From Phoronis australis (Eukaryota; Animalia; Phoronida), in the NCBI GenBank assembly GCA_002633005.1, contig NMRA01000156.1:359872-423871 (forward strand): a stretch of DNA of 64,000 bases, written 5' to 3'. Each line of letters starts with the position of its first letter. The stretch's first letter is position 1. Shown in pieces: positions 62,084 through 64,000 of the stretch. The notes beneath the pieces were generated by a model, which worked only from the letters and a program-made list of their open reading frames with translations, searched no databases and had not been told where the DNA came from. The position numbers and the translations under genes were made by a program.

Positions 62084-64000
62084 ATGCGGCACTTTCTGCA
62101 CTTCCGCTTATTGCTAAAGAAACATTTCATCCTTATGAAGAGAGCACCGTTCCAAACAGCATTCGAGATCATCCTGCCCGTCATTTTGTTCGCCCTCGTT
62201 TGCGCTCGCTTTGACAGTGGTCCAACATACAGGGACGGGGAATTCTACGACGCTACTGCAGATTTGCTGGAAAGGGTGCCTATATCAATGGAGGATCTGC
62301 GTGCCAAATTAGCTCGATATCAATTTCCGTATTTTCCGTCCAACAATATGACTGATAGGGTAATGAATGAATTTAAGTCCTTGTTGCGTCAGGACAGAGG
62401 TGGTGTTAAACCAACGTCTTCGAAGGAAGAATTTGTCATTGCATTGAAAAACAAAAGCACAATGTATTCCATGGGCATCGAGTTTACTACTATTGATGAA
62501 ACTACTCAGAATATACCGAAGAAAATTGGATATAAAATCAGAGTGTTCTCTGACGAGGGTGACGATTGGCATCTTCGCAGTGTCTATCCTGAGCGCAGAA
62601 GGTATTCACACTTAAGTGGGAATCCCTACATGAGAGGTGGTGCTGGTGTTGAGTTTGTGGGAGCACAAATACACTTGAATTTGGCTATTGCGATTGCAGC
62701 GTTCAAGCGTGGGAACGTTGCTTCAAGGATGCAACACTGTGTCGAAACACTGGGAAAAATGAATTATGAGTTCAGAGCTTTCCCCTACGCACGCCCGGAT
62801 GCAGGTTGTGAGGAAGTCCTCGTCACAACCCAGTCTCGCTTGTTCTTACTTCTCTACGTATCTTACATCTTTGTAGTACCTATCATCATCAATCAAATTT
62901 TGAAAGAGAAGGAAACCAAGGTGCGTGAAGTGCTAAAGATGATGGGTGTTCGCAACTGGATAATTTGGATGTCTTGGTTTTTCCGCATGTTTTTTGTACA
63001 GGTTGCGGTCATGGGGCTGATCACAGTTCTTTTGACTGTACGCTTTTCCTCAAATTTCCACAAATTGAAGCATTCAGACCCATTCATGATATTTCTATTC
63101 TTAATCTTATACGCGATGAGCACAGTATCATTCAGCTTTTGCATATCCGTATTCTTCAATAGTCCAAGAAGAGGGGCGATTTTTGGAATGATACTTTTTG
63201 CAAGCACTATCGGTGCTCCACTGGCCGTGAAAAATGATGCTTCGTTGAATATACTGTTTTCACTGTTTCAAAATCTTCCCATGGCTAGGGGTTTCTTTAT
63301 GATCGGCATTTTCGAAGACAGACAGGAAGGAATTCAATGGAGCAACTACGACCAACTTCCGGACGTTGATGCAAGACACATGATGACCTTTGACACTGTT
63401 TTGCTGATGTTAGTCTTTGACACTTTACTCTATGGTCTAATCACGTGGTACATCGATGCCGTATTTCCCGGAGAGTATGGCATACCACAAAAGTGGTATT
63501 TCCTGTGTCAGCCTTCTTACTGGTGCAATATCAAACACGAAAAAGAAACCTCCGTACAAAAACCGGTCGAAGAAAATCCAAACTTTTTTGAGCAGGAGCC
63601 AAGCGGTCTAAACGCTGGCGTTCGAGCGTTTAATATTCGAAAGGAGTTTACGTCACAAGGAGCACGAATCGTTGCCATTGCTGGGACATCCCTGAATGCG
63701 TATGAAGGGCAAGTGACCTGCTTACTTGGCCACAATGGCGCCGGAAAAACGATGTTTCTGTCGGTTATTACAGGTTTTCTTCCGGCGACAAGCGGTGAAG
63801 TTTTTGTAAACGAGCACTCTATCAGAACTGACCTAGATAAAGTTCGAGACAGTCTCGGTATTTGTCCTCAACATGACATTTTGTTCAGTAACTTAACAGT
63901 TTATGAACATCTTGAGTTCTTTGCCGGTATTAAAGGATGTCCCAGTCGATGGATATCGAGCGAAGCACAGAAGTGGCTGCTAGAAGTTGGTCTCTCCTCA
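62084..64000 (+). CDS. ABC transporter subfamily A (ABCA3-like), 5' 639 codons, runs off the window
   Basis: Uninterrupted frame from ATG 62084: MRHFLHFRLLLKKHFILMKRAPFQTAFEIILP (ABCA N-terminus), EKETKVREVLKMMG, WYIDAVFPGEYGIPQKWYF, FFEQEP, Walker A LLGHNGAGKT, Q-loop GICPQHDILF. No stop inside the window, so the ORF track omits it. Confidence 0.93.
   Translation, partial: MRHFLHFRLLLKKHFILMKRAPFQTAFEIILPVILFALVCARFDSGPTYRDGEFYDATADLLERVPISMEDLRAKLARYQFPYFPSNNMTDRVMNEFKSLLRQDRGGVKPTSSKEEFVIALKNKSTMYSMGIEFTTIDETTQNIPKKIGYKIRVFSDEGDDWHLRSVYPERRRYSHLSGNPYMRGGAGVEFVGAQIHLNLAIAIAAFKRGNVASRMQHCVETLGKMNYEFRAFPYARPDAGCEEVLVTTQSRLFLLLYVSYIFVVPIIINQILKEKETKVREVLKMMGVRNWIIWMSWFFRMFFVQVAVMGLITVLLTVRFSSNFHKLKHSDPFMIFLFLILYAMSTVSFSFCISVFFNSPRRGAIFGMILFASTIGAPLAVKNDASLNILFSLFQNLPMARGFFMIGIFEDRQEGIQWSNYDQLPDVDARHMMTFDTVLLMLVFDTLLYGLITWYIDAVFPGEYGIPQKWYFLCQPSYWCNIKHEKETSVQKPVEENPNFFEQEPSGLNAGVRAFNIRKEFTSQGARIVAIAGTSLNAYEGQVTCLLGHNGAGKTMFLSVITGFLPATSGEVFVNEHSIRTDLDKVRDSLGICPQHDILFSNLTVYEHLEFFAGIKGCPSRWISSEAQKWLLEVGLSS

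Noticed and set aside
62309-63735. ORFs 62309-62572, 62893-63207, 62965-63162, 63517-63735
   Set aside because: Shadow frames of the ABCA coding sequence.

Overview
Eukaryotic draft-assembly DNA, most likely from an invertebrate animal: AT-rich, GT-AG introns, many small TIR elements and LINE remnants, three N gaps and four single-N joins. Manual splicing reveals a head-to-head pair of paralogous genes. Gene B (+, 15379-32191, 10 coding exons, 1059 aa) fuses a bacterial-dynamin-like/mitofusin-type GTPase (GETSAGKSS, T, DSPG, NKWD) and a helical stalk with a hydrophobic hairpin to a TKL/DSTYK-like protein kinase. Gene A (-, 8670 to the left edge, 6 exons visible) encodes the same GTPase module and runs out of the window. 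Also present: a 3-exon orphan secreted protein (42349-54693), an ABCA3-like transporter that is intronless over its visible 1.9 kb (62084 to the right edge, missing from the ORF track), a deleted Kolobok/THAP transposon, a CAC-ended element with a 5-bp TSD, MITE families, LINE and SINE remnants, a 37-bp minisatellite and likely haplotype duplications. All calls come from reading the sequence; no database searches were run.
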